Origin: Syntrophorhabdaceae bacterium
GTDB lineage: Bacteria; Desulfobacterota; Syntrophorhabdia; Syntrophorhabdales; Syntrophorhabdaceae
Reading direction: 5' to 3'
Length of the DNA: 64,000 nt
Assembly (NCBI GenBank): GCA_963665295.1
Contig: OY762209.1
Location: 3,360,001-3,424,000 of the forward strand
The position numbers and the translations under genes were made by a program. Shown here in pieces: positions 20,381 to 29,754 of this stretch; position 1 is the stretch's first letter; each line of letters begins with the position of its first letter. The notes under the pieces are model-generated. The model was given only the letters and a program-made list of their open reading frames with translations. It did no database searches and had not been told where the DNA came from.

Positions 20381-20444
20381 TAGCCCTCTTTCTCCCGAAA
20401 TTTTGCCGCGGCCTGGATGTGGGCGGCAATGTACAGTTTATTTA

Positions 20445-22119
20445 GTCTCCATCCGGAAACCTAACCCCATGAAATATTTGCCCAAATCCCCACATTCCCC
20501 TGGAGTTTCGCCCCTCATCTGAGGTACAATATGGTTGTAACAAGGCAATATCATTACCTAACGCCTTCAGAAAGGATTCCGGAATGCGCCAGAAATTCAA
20601 CCCCCAGACAGGTCTCTTCTCCCCCATGATGCGCCATTCTATTGTAAAGGAGCTTCAGGAGATGTCAAAGGTCATAGACGCCAATCCCCGCCTTCTGGAT
20701 CTGGTCTTCGGGGATATGACCTCCTTCTGTCGCACCGACACGGGAAGAGAGGGGCTCACCGCGGAACAGGTGCTCCGGATCGCCATACTCAAGCAGTACC
20801 GCCAACTGACGTATGAAGAGCTTGCCTTCCACATGGAAGACTCCGACGCACTCCGCAGTTTCGCGAGATTGGAGATGGGACAGTACCCCTCCAAATCGGT
20901 CCTTCAGGAGAACATAAAGGCGATACGGGAAGAAACCTGGGAGGCGATCATTCAGGAAGTAAACCGCTACGCGGTAAAGGAGAAGATAGAATCCGGCCGC
21001 GTGGTAAGAGTAGACTCCACCACGGTGGAGACCAACATCCACCACCCCACCGACTCATCGCTCATCGTGGACGGCATCCGCGTCATTACCCGGTTACTCA
21101 CCGAAGGGAAGGAGCTTGCTCCCGTGCCCCGGTATGCCTACAGTGACCATAGGAGAGTAGCCAAGAAGAAGCTCATGACGATCCTCAATGCAAAGAACGA
21201 CAGAACACGGAAGAGCGCCTACAAGGACCTCCTCCACTATGCGAATCTCGTGAAGGGATATGCCGAAGAGGCGATCACCGAACTCATCCCCTACGAGGGC
21301 GATAATCTCATGGACACCTTCGCTGCCCGCGAGCTTGCCCGGAGACTTGAACGCGCCGTGGGCATACTCGGGAAGGTCATCGACCAGACCGACCGGAGAG
21401 TCTTCAAGAACGAGAAGGTCCCCGCCTCCGAGAAGATCGTCTCTTTCTTCGAGGACCACACGGACATCATCGTGAAGGGGAGGAGGGATACCGAGTACGG
21501 CCATAAGGTGTTCCTTACAGGAGGACGCTCCACCATGATCATCGGGTGTCTCATCGTCCCGGGCAACCCCGCTGATACCGACCAGTATCAATCCCTCCTT
21601 GAGCAGCATAAGGAGTGGTACGGGAAGATGCCTCGCCAAGTGACGGCCGACGGGGGCTTTGCCTCAAAAGAGAACCTCGCCTATGCGAAGGAGAACCATA
21701 TCAAGGATGCCGTCTTCGCCAGAAAGAGGGGGCTCTCCATCCTCGACATGGCAAAGAGCACCTGGGTCTACAAGAAGCTCAGGAACTTCCGGGCGGGCAT
21801 TGAAGCAGGCATCTCCACATTGAAACGGTCCTTCGGCCTTGACCGGGCGACGTGGACAGGATGGGAAGGGTTTGCCCGGTACGTGCTCTCCAGTATCGTC
21901 TCCTACAATCTTCTCGTCATCGCCCGCATCAGGATGGCCTCATGATGAGAGAAGACTATTTTCTCAAGGGGACAAGGGTGAGCTACGCCCTGACTCTGGG
22001 GAAAACGGGCCCGATGGAGTGAAATCCGAAAAGGGATGACGGAATCACCGGACGGCTGAGCGCCCACCCTGGCAATAGACCGGGGGCTTGCTCGAAAATG
22101 GGGGTTTCCGGATGGAGAC
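20445..22119 (+). mobile_element. ISNCY-type insertion sequence, copy 2
   Basis: Same sequence as 9415-11089 (offset 11030); 6-bp TSD TATTTA (20439-20444 / 22120-22125). Confidence 0.88.
20584..21945 (+). CDS. DDE transposase (same protein as 9554-10915)
   Basis: Identical 453-aa translation. Confidence 0.92.
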   Translation: MRQKFNPQTGLFSPMMRHSIVKELQEMSKVIDANPRLLDLVFGDMTSFCRTDTGREGLTAEQVLRIAILKQYRQLTYEELAFHMEDSDALRSFARLEMGQYPSKSVLQENIKAIREETWEAIIQEVNRYAVKEKIESGRVVRVDSTTVETNIHHPTDSSLIVDGIRVITRLLTEGKELAPVPRYAYSDHRRVAKKKLMTILNAKNDRTRKSAYKDLLHYANLVKGYAEEAITELIPYEGDNLMDTFAARELARRLERAVGILGKVIDQTDRRVFKNEKVPASEKIVSFFEDHTDIIVKGRRDTEYGHKVFLTGGRSTMIIGCLIVPGNPADTDQYQSLLEQHKEWYGKMPRQVTADGGFASKENLAYAKENHIKDAVFARKRGLSILDMAKSTWVYKKLRNFRAGIEAGISTLKRSFGLDRATWTGWEGFARYVLSSIVSYNLLVIARIRMAS

Positions 22120-22405
22120 TATTTAATATGCTCACCCGAGTTTGTCTACAATTAATTGATCGTGCGGCAAGGAAGGGGAGTCCATAGGTTTTCGTTTTGC
22201 ACCTTGTGCCATGCCTTTCGTGTTCCACGGACAAGTGTCTTGGATTGTACCTCTCAAATATGCAGAATTCTTATTTAACATGTGTTAAAAATATAAGGGA
22301 ACGGCAAAAAATGGCGAAAAATGAAAATAATGATGCAATTTGTTTTTGATATAATGTCTATTCGCCACGTCGAGGGTCGTTTTAGGCAATAGTTCCAATT
22401 AAGCC

Positions 22406-24805
22406 ATGGACAAACAACATATAAGATCGCTTTTCAATACAATCGTACAAAGGAGCAGGGAGTTTGCTGCCGTATTTGTTGCCTGGCGTAAGCGCAGGGT
22501 CGCTCGCTTTCGCGGACTATCGGGCCGCCAAAAAGCGGGAGATGTAATTTTGACCTTTATCGGTATCGTGATGTTGTATGTGGTTGCAGTTGATGTTAAT
22601 TTTCTTTGGCTCTTTGGAAAATCACCTGCCTTGCGAGGCATCTTTAACCCGCCTCAGTCGGTTGCGTCCGAAATCATCAGTACCGACGGACAGGTTATAG
22701 GCAAATATTCCGATGAGAACAGGAAATTGGTTCAGTATAGAGATATCTCTCCCGAGTTAATCAACACATTGATAAGCACTGAAGATCAACGCTTCTACAA
22801 ACATTTCGGCATCGATTTCCAAGGACTCTTCGCGGCGTTTTTCGACACGCTTCACGGCAATGCCCGCGGCGCGAGCACCATCACTCAGCAGTTGGTCAAG
22901 AATATGTACAAAACCCGAAGTCAGTATTCTACCGGGCTTCTCGGCGGGTTACCGGGCCTCCGGTTGCTTATCGAAAAGACAAAGGAGTGGACCGCAGCTT
23001 GCAAGATAGAATTGTTTTATTCCAAAGAAGAGATTCTCACAATGTATCTCAATACTGTAAGCTTCAGCAGCAATGCATATGGAATTCACACTGCGGCGAA
23101 GACGTATTTTGGAACTACCCCGGACAAACTCAATTACGAACAGTCGGCGGTGCTTGTTGGATTGCTGAAGGCGACCACTACCTACAATCCCTACCTTAAC
23201 CCTGAACGCTCGAAAGAACGACGCAATGTGGTGTTACAACAGTTGGCGGAGAATAAGTTCATCACCCGTGAAATGTCTGATTATTTGCAGGCCCGTCCCC
23301 TGTCGATCAATTATGGTGTTGAAAAACAAAGCACAGGCATTGCCCCGTATTTTCGTGATCATCTTGGGCGTTTTCTTGAGAAATGGGGCAAGGCCAAGGG
23401 CTATGATATTTATGCCGATGGTCTGAAGATATATGTTACCATCGATTCCCGCATGCAGAAATATGCCGAGGAAGCCGTTCGAAAACAAATGGCACAAATT
23501 CAATCTCTCTTTCCTCCATCCTGGTCGGACCAGAATTCCCGGCGCTACGGAAACACAAATCAATCGCAAAAAGCCATCGATGAGTTCGTTAAAAGAAACA
23601 AGATATATAAGGAACTTCAGGCCAAATATAACAATAACCGTGATTCCATCGCCAAACAATTGACTCGAAAACGAAAAGTCAGGGTCTTTGATTACAATGA
23701 AAAAGGTTATAAGGAACTTGAAATGAGTCCGTTGGATTACATCCAATATATGAACCATTTCCTGCATTGCGGTTTTGTTGTCATGGAACCCGACACAAAA
23801 TACGTGAAAGCGTGGGTGGGCGATGTGAGTTACGATTACTGGCAGTACGACAAAGTGGCTCAGAGCAAACGCCAACCGGGCTCAACGTTCAAATTATTCG
23901 TGTATGCGGCGGCCATGATCGCCGGTAAGTCGCCTTGTGATAAGTTTATCGATAAACCGGTAATTTACAAATATGACGGCGGAACATGGAAGCCCAAGAA
24001 TGCAAACGGAACATACAGTGGATATCCCATAACGTATAGAGCCGCCTTTGCCCGATCTGTGAATACGATTGCAGCCCAGGTGGCACAGGAAGTCGGTGTT
24101 TCCAATGTGGCGAAATGCGCGCGCATGATGGGCGTCCGTTCCAAGTTGGTGGAAGTGCCGTCGCTGTGCCTGGGATCATCCCCTGTTTCGCTGCTTGAGT
24201 TGGTTAATGCCTATAGTACCATCGCGGCGGAGGGCATGTACCATTCTCCTGTCATTGTGACCCGGATTGAGGACAGTACCGGCAAAAGGATCTATGAGGC
24301 CGATACCAAACAAGAACGGGTAATTTCCTATGAAAATTCCTTCTTAATGACTGAGCTTCTGAAAGGTGCGGTCACGGAACCCGGTGGAACTTCCCGTGCT
24401 TTGTGGAATTGGGATTTGTTGCGTTGGAATACCGATTTTGGGGGGAAGACGGGGACATCATCAAACTATTCAGACGCATGGTACGTGGGGGTTACGCCAA
24501 AGTTAGCCGGAGGCGCCTGGGTCGGTGCCGACAGGCGTAGCGCCAGATTTAGTTCAAGCGGGCTGGGACAGGGAAGTCGTGCGGCGTTGCCCGTATTCGC
24601 AATGTTTATGGAAAAAGTGCTGGCTGATGAAAACTTCGCCCATTATCGTGCCAAGTTTCCTGCTGAACCAAAGGAGCCTATCGCCCGGATGTATAAATGT
24701 CCGTCCTATTCTGCCCCGGACACGGACGAAACAGAATCTACCACGGAAGAGAACACGCTGGAAGAATCCCCGACTCCAGATGTCGAAATGGAACAACAAG
24801 AGTGA
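22406..24805 (+). CDS. Class A penicillin-binding protein (PBP1A-like)
   Basis: EDQRFYKHFGID, GASTITQQLVKN, RQPGSTFK (SxxK), SVN (SxN), GKTGT; N-terminal TM. Confidence 0.92.
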   Translation: MDKQHIRSLFNTIVQRSREFAAVFVAWRKRRVARFRGLSGRQKAGDVILTFIGIVMLYVVAVDVNFLWLFGKSPALRGIFNPPQSVASEIISTDGQVIGKYSDENRKLVQYRDISPELINTLISTEDQRFYKHFGIDFQGLFAAFFDTLHGNARGASTITQQLVKNMYKTRSQYSTGLLGGLPGLRLLIEKTKEWTAACKIELFYSKEEILTMYLNTVSFSSNAYGIHTAAKTYFGTTPDKLNYEQSAVLVGLLKATTTYNPYLNPERSKERRNVVLQQLAENKFITREMSDYLQARPLSINYGVEKQSTGIAPYFRDHLGRFLEKWGKAKGYDIYADGLKIYVTIDSRMQKYAEEAVRKQMAQIQSLFPPSWSDQNSRRYGNTNQSQKAIDEFVKRNKIYKELQAKYNNNRDSIAKQLTRKRKVRVFDYNEKGYKELEMSPLDYIQYMNHFLHCGFVVMEPDTKYVKAWVGDVSYDYWQYDKVAQSKRQPGSTFKLFVYAAAMIAGKSPCDKFIDKPVIYKYDGGTWKPKNANGTYSGYPITYRAAFARSVNTIAAQVAQEVGVSNVAKCARMMGVRSKLVEVPSLCLGSSPVSLLELVNAYSTIAAEGMYHSPVIVTRIEDSTGKRIYEADTKQERVISYENSFLMTELLKGAVTEPGGTSRALWNWDLLRWNTDFGGKTGTSSNYSDAWYVGVTPKLAGGAWVGADRRSARFSSSGLGQGSRAALPVFAMFMEKVLADENFAHYRAKFPAEPKEPIARMYKCPSYSAPDTDETESTTEENTLEESPTPDVEMEQQE

Positions 24806-24989
24806 ATCACATTCCCCGCTTTATCGGAGCAGCACAAGAACATTTCAAGGAAAACTGAGATAAAGGCCCATCCGCCTGGCTGCAGGCGCGGTGATCTGTA
24901 ATACCCTCAACGCAATCCCAATGATCGCGGCCGGGCAGGGAGGGGTTTCACCGCCGGGGAACATCCGGGGGACCGCTCCATCTTTTTGG

Positions 24990-26264
24990 TTAAGCCTGCT
25001 GTCCCTTCCCCTTGATGCGTGTAAGCGCATCGACAACTGCCGCGGCGAACTCGCGGGAATTTATATCCGTATCGACCTCGAGCACTTCTATATCGGGATC
25101 CAGATTCTCTTTCAACGCAAGAACAAACGCTTCATCGGACTGTGGATCATAAAGCGCACCGTCCGCAACGCTGAGTGAAGAAAACCCCTTTTTGGGGATC
25201 ACGAACTTGACCATTTCCTTGTAGGTATGCCTGTTTAGTCTTTCCGCCACGGCGAGTCCTATCTGTTGCATCTCCTCGGCGGTCGTCCGTGCTTGAACCC
25301 TGACTGCATCTTGCATGAAAATCTTTCTTTCCGAGAGCCTTCTCGATACCCAGAGTTCATCTTTTTCCGCCTTTCTCTGGATAGGGCCGCAACTGATCAT
25401 ATCGAAACCACAGGGAGAGAGGATATAGGGAATTGGAAGATCCATTGCGACATCGAGACGGTTTGGTCCTGAAGCCCTGTTTCCCCCGAGGAGATATTCA
25501 CTGAACCCTGCGGGGGCAAGATCGATAAACCCGTCGAAAAATCCCTGATCTACAAAATCGATAGCTGCCCTGTCCCCTAACCCTTGCGAATGGAAGGACA
25601 CAAGTTCATAATCCTTTTCGAGAATCTCCCGCACGTACTGTGCGCCCGTGTCGCAAAAGGCAAATTCTGTCATGGCAAAGGACGGCCTCGTCTCCTCCGG
25701 GTAATTTCTGCCCGTCTCCACCATCCCCACTATGGCGTTGGCGCCATTAAGTGCAAGTGCGCTCACCAGCCTGTTCGTACCTACCGTATCGACCACTGTA
25801 TTCATTACCGTGATATCTCTGAGCCAGACGTGTTCGGCCAGCCAGGATGCGTACGCCGGCATGGCAACTACGCTTGATACCATGAGTTTGGGCACTCCGA
25901 AGGGCAAAGCATTCATTGCCGTCAACGACAGAAACGTGCCGGTCATTCCCGCTATGGCAATTACCCCTTCCAACTCGCCACACCCGCAGAGGCCTAACAG
26001 TTTTCTCTTCAAGCCCTCTGCCATGAGCGCTGCCGCCTTATTTCTTTCGGTGATAAGCATTCCTTCCGCTTCTTCGACAGAGCCTCCCGCCAGCCGCAGA
26101 ATTTCCTCACGGCACACATCTCCCCTGAGCGAAGAGGCAATTCCTCCAACTCCCATGCTGATATCTATCAGGATGGTTCGATGCCCCTTGCTCTCTATCT
26201 GGTCTTTGATGATCTTGAGAGCGCCTTCCCTTTCATCCAACATTCCAATTATAACAACCGCCAT
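24990..26264 (-). CDS. Tm-1-like ATP-binding domain protein (UPF0261)
   Basis: N-terminal IGMLDER, ALPFGVPKLMVSS, FHSQGLGDRA, GFSSLS, DINSREFA. Confidence 0.8.
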   Translation of the reverse strand: MAVVIIGMLDEREGALKIIKDQIESKGHRTILIDISMGVGGIASSLRGDVCREEILRLAGGSVEEAEGMLITERNKAAALMAEGLKRKLLGLCGCGELEGVIAIAGMTGTFLSLTAMNALPFGVPKLMVSSVVAMPAYASWLAEHVWLRDITVMNTVVDTVGTNRLVSALALNGANAIVGMVETGRNYPEETRPSFAMTEFAFCDTGAQYVREILEKDYELVSFHSQGLGDRAAIDFVDQGFFDGFIDLAPAGFSEYLLGGNRASGPNRLDVAMDLPIPYILSPCGFDMISCGPIQRKAEKDELWVSRRLSERKIFMQDAVRVQARTTAEEMQQIGLAVAERLNRHTYKEMVKFVIPKKGFSSLSVADGALYDPQSDEAFVLALKENLDPDIEVLEVDTDINSREFAAAVVDALTRIKGKGQQA

Positions 26265-26525
26265 CTATGATCCTCCTCACGCTTCGGAGTCCGTCGTCCT
26301 TCGGAATACCTCTTCACCGATTCCATGCTTATTTTCGCACCCCTCGACAAAAACTTCAAGCGGTGCTTCAGTATATCGCGGTGCATGCGAACATTCCAAC
26401 CGGCAGGTTCTCTCGAAAGTTTTGAAATGCTTTAAGAAAGTGTCGCGGAACCGGCCTGTTATCGGGTGAGAAGCCGACGCAACCATGGGGAGGCAACTAG
26501 AACTCATTCCGTGGACATGGCCTGT

Positions 26526-27467
26526 TCAGAGGCCGGTTCTTTTTTCCCTCATTTCTTCCACGAACTGACCCAGATTTTCCGCATTGCCGATGAGCTGAAG
26601 AAAATGAAGGAACCTCGACGTTGTGGGCGAAAGGGTTCTTCCTTTCAGATGAATGACATCGATGTCGAAGAAGAAGGGGCCTTCCTTGAGGGCTATAACA
26701 GCGAGTTCGCCGCGCTCCACCTCTTTTCTCACACATATCCTGGCCAGGAAAGAAACGCCTTTGTCGTTCGCCACGAGGTCTTTGATGAATTCCGTATTCC
26801 CCGCTTCTATGACCGCAGAAGGCTTAATATTTCTCTTTTCGAATTCCTTCCATATGGCCTGTCTCGTGGCGGACCTCATATCCCTTGAGATCATGGGGAT
26901 TCCGGTCAGTTCTTTGAGGGAGCTCGCGGCTTTCAACGCGAGCTTGCTGTGCGGCGAGGCAACAAGGAGTATTTCTTCCCTGCTCAGAGGGATACTCTCG
27001 ATTGCGTCCGGGTACGCCACTCCCGCAACGATCGCCACTTCATAATCCCGGGCCAGAACGCCCCTGACGAGTTCACCGGAACTGGCCTGGTCAAGGTGCA
27101 CCTGTATTGTCGGGTGCCTGTCCCTGAATGCGGAAATTATAATGGGCATCAGGTACTGAGCAAGGGCATTGGTCGTTCCCACCCGCAGGACTCCGCTCCG
27201 GAGGTCCTTCACTGCATTTATCGCGTTCTCCGCCTCATCGACGAGACGAAAGATCTTATCGGCATATTCGTAAAGCAACCTGCCCGTTTCCGTCACGGTC
27301 AGATTCTTCCCTACCTTATCCAGAAGCTTGAGCCCCAGCGAGCGCTCAAAGGAATGAACCTGGAAAAAAACGGCCGGCTCCGTGACAAAAAGGTCGCCCG
27401 CGGCCTTAGAAAAAGTCCCTTCTTTGGCGACTGAATAAAACGCCCGCAACTGGTTCAGATTGATCAT
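26526..27467 (-). CDS. LysR-family transcriptional regulator
   Basis: NLNQLRAFYSVAKEGTFSKAAGDLFVTEPAV HTH; divergent from the catabolic operon. Confidence 0.93.
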   Translation of the reverse strand: MINLNQLRAFYSVAKEGTFSKAAGDLFVTEPAVFFQVHSFERSLGLKLLDKVGKNLTVTETGRLLYEYADKIFRLVDEAENAINAVKDLRSGVLRVGTTNALAQYLMPIIISAFRDRHPTIQVHLDQASSGELVRGVLARDYEVAIVAGVAYPDAIESIPLSREEILLVASPHSKLALKAASSLKELTGIPMISRDMRSATRQAIWKEFEKRNIKPSAVIEAGNTEFIKDLVANDKGVSFLARICVRKEVERGELAVIALKEGPFFFDIDVIHLKGRTLSPTTSRFLHFLQLIGNAENLGQFVEEMREKRTGL

Positions 27468-27510
27468 CTAATGTCCCCCAGAACTTGCATTTTACAATAA
27501 TTTTAATACA

Positions 27511-27557
27511 ACTATAAATTTAATTGCATTGACCTGTCAAGAATGACCAGCCATAAT
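27511..27557. promoter_or_regulatory. Back-to-back sigma-70-type promoters (operon and lysR)
   Basis: Plus: TTGACC(27529)-N17-CATAAT(27552); minus: TTGACA(27540)-N18-TATAGT(27516). Confidence 0.55.
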
Positions 27558-27653
27558 TGGAATATTAATTGTATACAGTCCCGCAAGATAGCGGAGGGAC
27601 TTAGGGACGGTTTTTGAAACCTTATGAGAGAACTAAAACAGTAAGGAGGCGCT

Positions 27654-29294
27654 ATGAGGGAACTGGAGTTTGATGGTATCATCATTGGAGCCGGTCCAAA
27701 CGGACTCACCACTGCAGGGTACCTTGCCAAGGCCGGGCTCAAGGTGGCAATCCTGGAGCGAAGGTATGAGATTGGCGGTGGATTGGCTACCGAGAACCTT
27801 CTTCTTCCCGGCATGCTCGTCGATAGTCACGCCATTTACCACATGATGGTGGAGTATGCCCCCCCGCTGAGGGACTTCGAACTGGAGAAGAGATACGATC
27901 TTGAATGGATCTATCCCGACGTCCAGGTGGTCATGCCCTTCCAGGACGGGACGTATCTCGCGCTGTACAAGGACCCCGAGAAGTCCGCGGAATCAATTGC
28001 GAAATTCTCGGAGAAGGATGCAGAATCGTTCAGAAATTTTGTCAAGTGGTCCGACGAAGCCATGGACGTGTTCCTGGCGCCGGCGAGTTACGTTAATCCC
28101 TTGCCGAGTCTGGAACAGGCTGCAAAGCTTGAACGCCATCCGGCCACTAAGTGGGACGACGAGCTGACCGGATATACCCCGAAACAGATTATCGATGCGT
28201 GGTTCGAAAACGATAGAGTACGGACGCTGTTCCTCTATCTCGCCACTATGTGGGGGCTCGATTACGACCTTGAAGGCCTGGGATATCTTGTGCCCCTCAT
28301 GATAAACCGGGGATGGCATTTTCGACTGTCCCGCGGCGGGTCCCACCATGTGGCCCATCTTCTGGGTAAATACATCTCAGAGAATGGGAGCAGAGTGATC
28401 AGCGGCTGCGTGATCAAACGGATCATCATCGAGAACGGAGAAGCAAAAGGTGTGGAGTTGGACGATGGGACGATCATCAAGGCCCGGGATTTTGTCTGCA
28501 GCGCCCTTAATCCTCATCAGACGTTTTATGACTACGTAGGCAAGCAGTACCTCGAGGAGGAGCTGATTACGAGACTCGACCAGTGGCGGTACTCGGACAT
28601 GAGCTTTTTCACGTGCCACATGGCGCTCACGGAAATGCCCCAATTCACCGCCATCAAAGATGACCCCGTACTTTCCAAATCTCTCATCTACGTGATCGGC
28701 TATGAGTGCGAGCAGGATTTGGTAGACCATTTCGAGGCCTCAAAGAGAGGGGAACTGCATGACGGGGGATTCAACTGTTGCTTTCCCTCGATCCACGATC
28801 CCATACGCGTCCACCGTCGACCGGACAGCGCCGTGAAACATATCGGCCTGATCACCATGGAATGCGCACCCTATAAGCTCAAGGATGGAGGGGCGCTCGC
28901 ATGGAATCAGATGAGGAGGCCCTATGCGGAACGGTGTAAGAAGATCCTGGAAAAATATGCACCGAATATGAATTCAAAGACCATCGTGTGGGATTATATA
29001 GGGACGCCCCTTGACACGGAGAACAAGTTCCCCGACATGAAGAACGGTTGTTTCAAACAGGGTGCATATCTTCCGTTGCAGATGGGCTACTTCCGGCCGA
29101 ACGAGTACTGCAGCCAACACGACTCTCCGATCAAAAAGCTTTATCTGGCTGGTGCGTGCACCCATTCCGGGGGAATGATAACCTACGGCCCCGGTTTCAA
29201 TGCCGCAGAGAAGATCGCGGAAGATCTGGGTATCGAGAAATGGTGGCCTGAGCCACGCGGGGTAAAAGAAGCCAAGGACCTTGGGCTCTTTTAG
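27654..29294 (+). CDS. FAD-dependent oxidoreductase, phytoene-dehydrogenase-like (COG1233), paralog 1
   Basis: IIIGAGPNGLTTAGYLAKAG, RGGSHH, C-terminal YLAGACTHSGGMITYGPGFNAA. Confidence 0.85.
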   Translation: MRELEFDGIIIGAGPNGLTTAGYLAKAGLKVAILERRYEIGGGLATENLLLPGMLVDSHAIYHMMVEYAPPLRDFELEKRYDLEWIYPDVQVVMPFQDGTYLALYKDPEKSAESIAKFSEKDAESFRNFVKWSDEAMDVFLAPASYVNPLPSLEQAAKLERHPATKWDDELTGYTPKQIIDAWFENDRVRTLFLYLATMWGLDYDLEGLGYLVPLMINRGWHFRLSRGGSHHVAHLLGKYISENGSRVISGCVIKRIIIENGEAKGVELDDGTIIKARDFVCSALNPHQTFYDYVGKQYLEEELITRLDQWRYSDMSFFTCHMALTEMPQFTAIKDDPVLSKSLIYVIGYECEQDLVDHFEASKRGELHDGGFNCCFPSIHDPIRVHRRPDSAVKHIGLITMECAPYKLKDGGALAWNQMRRPYAERCKKILEKYAPNMNSKTIVWDYIGTPLDTENKFPDMKNGCFKQGAYLPLQMGYFRPNEYCSQHDSPIKKLYLAGACTHSGGMITYGPGFNAAEKIAEDLGIEKWWPEPRGVKEAKDLGLF

Positions 29295-29315
29295 CACCCG
29301 GAACAGGAGGCGACA

Positions 29316-29720
29316 ATGTTTGTACGATCAACCGGTTTAGGCAGGACATTGCTCCGTGGGCGTATTTCCATAGTTGAGAGCACGACCCTGGTTCCCTCAA
29401 CCCTTGAGCCCCCCGTACCAGGCACGACTGAGCCGATGCGAATGCTTATGGCCATGGAAATTCTTCACCCTGTCCACTGGACGGTGAGGGCTTTCCTGGA
29501 TCCCGCCGACCTCAGGCATATGGTTTGGATAGTGCTGAAGAACCCGATGCTTATCCTGCGGGCCATAAAGTTCCTGCTTTCAAAGGGTCCGGTGTACGAG
29601 TCACTGGAAACAGCGGAAGCGCCCGTAGATGTAAAATCAGCTCCAGCCCCTGCAGCGCCTAAGGGCGGACCGGCACCGATACCCGCCGCGAAAGGCCCCG
29701 GGGCTATCCCGAGCAGATAG
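29316..29720 (+). CDS. Hypothetical protein with Pro/Ala-rich tail, between the two flavoproteins
   Basis: AGGAGG RBS; tight operon spacing. Confidence 0.7.
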   Translation: MFVRSTGLGRTLLRGRISIVESTTLVPSTLEPPVPGTTEPMRMLMAMEILHPVHWTVRAFLDPADLRHMVWIVLKNPMLILRAIKFLLSKGPVYESLETAEAPVDVKSAPAPAAPKGGPAPIPAAKGPGAIPSR

Positions 29721-29754
29721 GGAAGGTTAAAAGAACGATACTAAGGAGGTCGAT

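Noticed and set aside
9415..22119. Composite transposon between the two ISNCY copies
   Set aside because: Each copy has its own matching TSD
26277..26507. 76-aa ORF between lysR and the Tm-1-like gene
   Set aside because: No clear RBS or motif; cannot be supported
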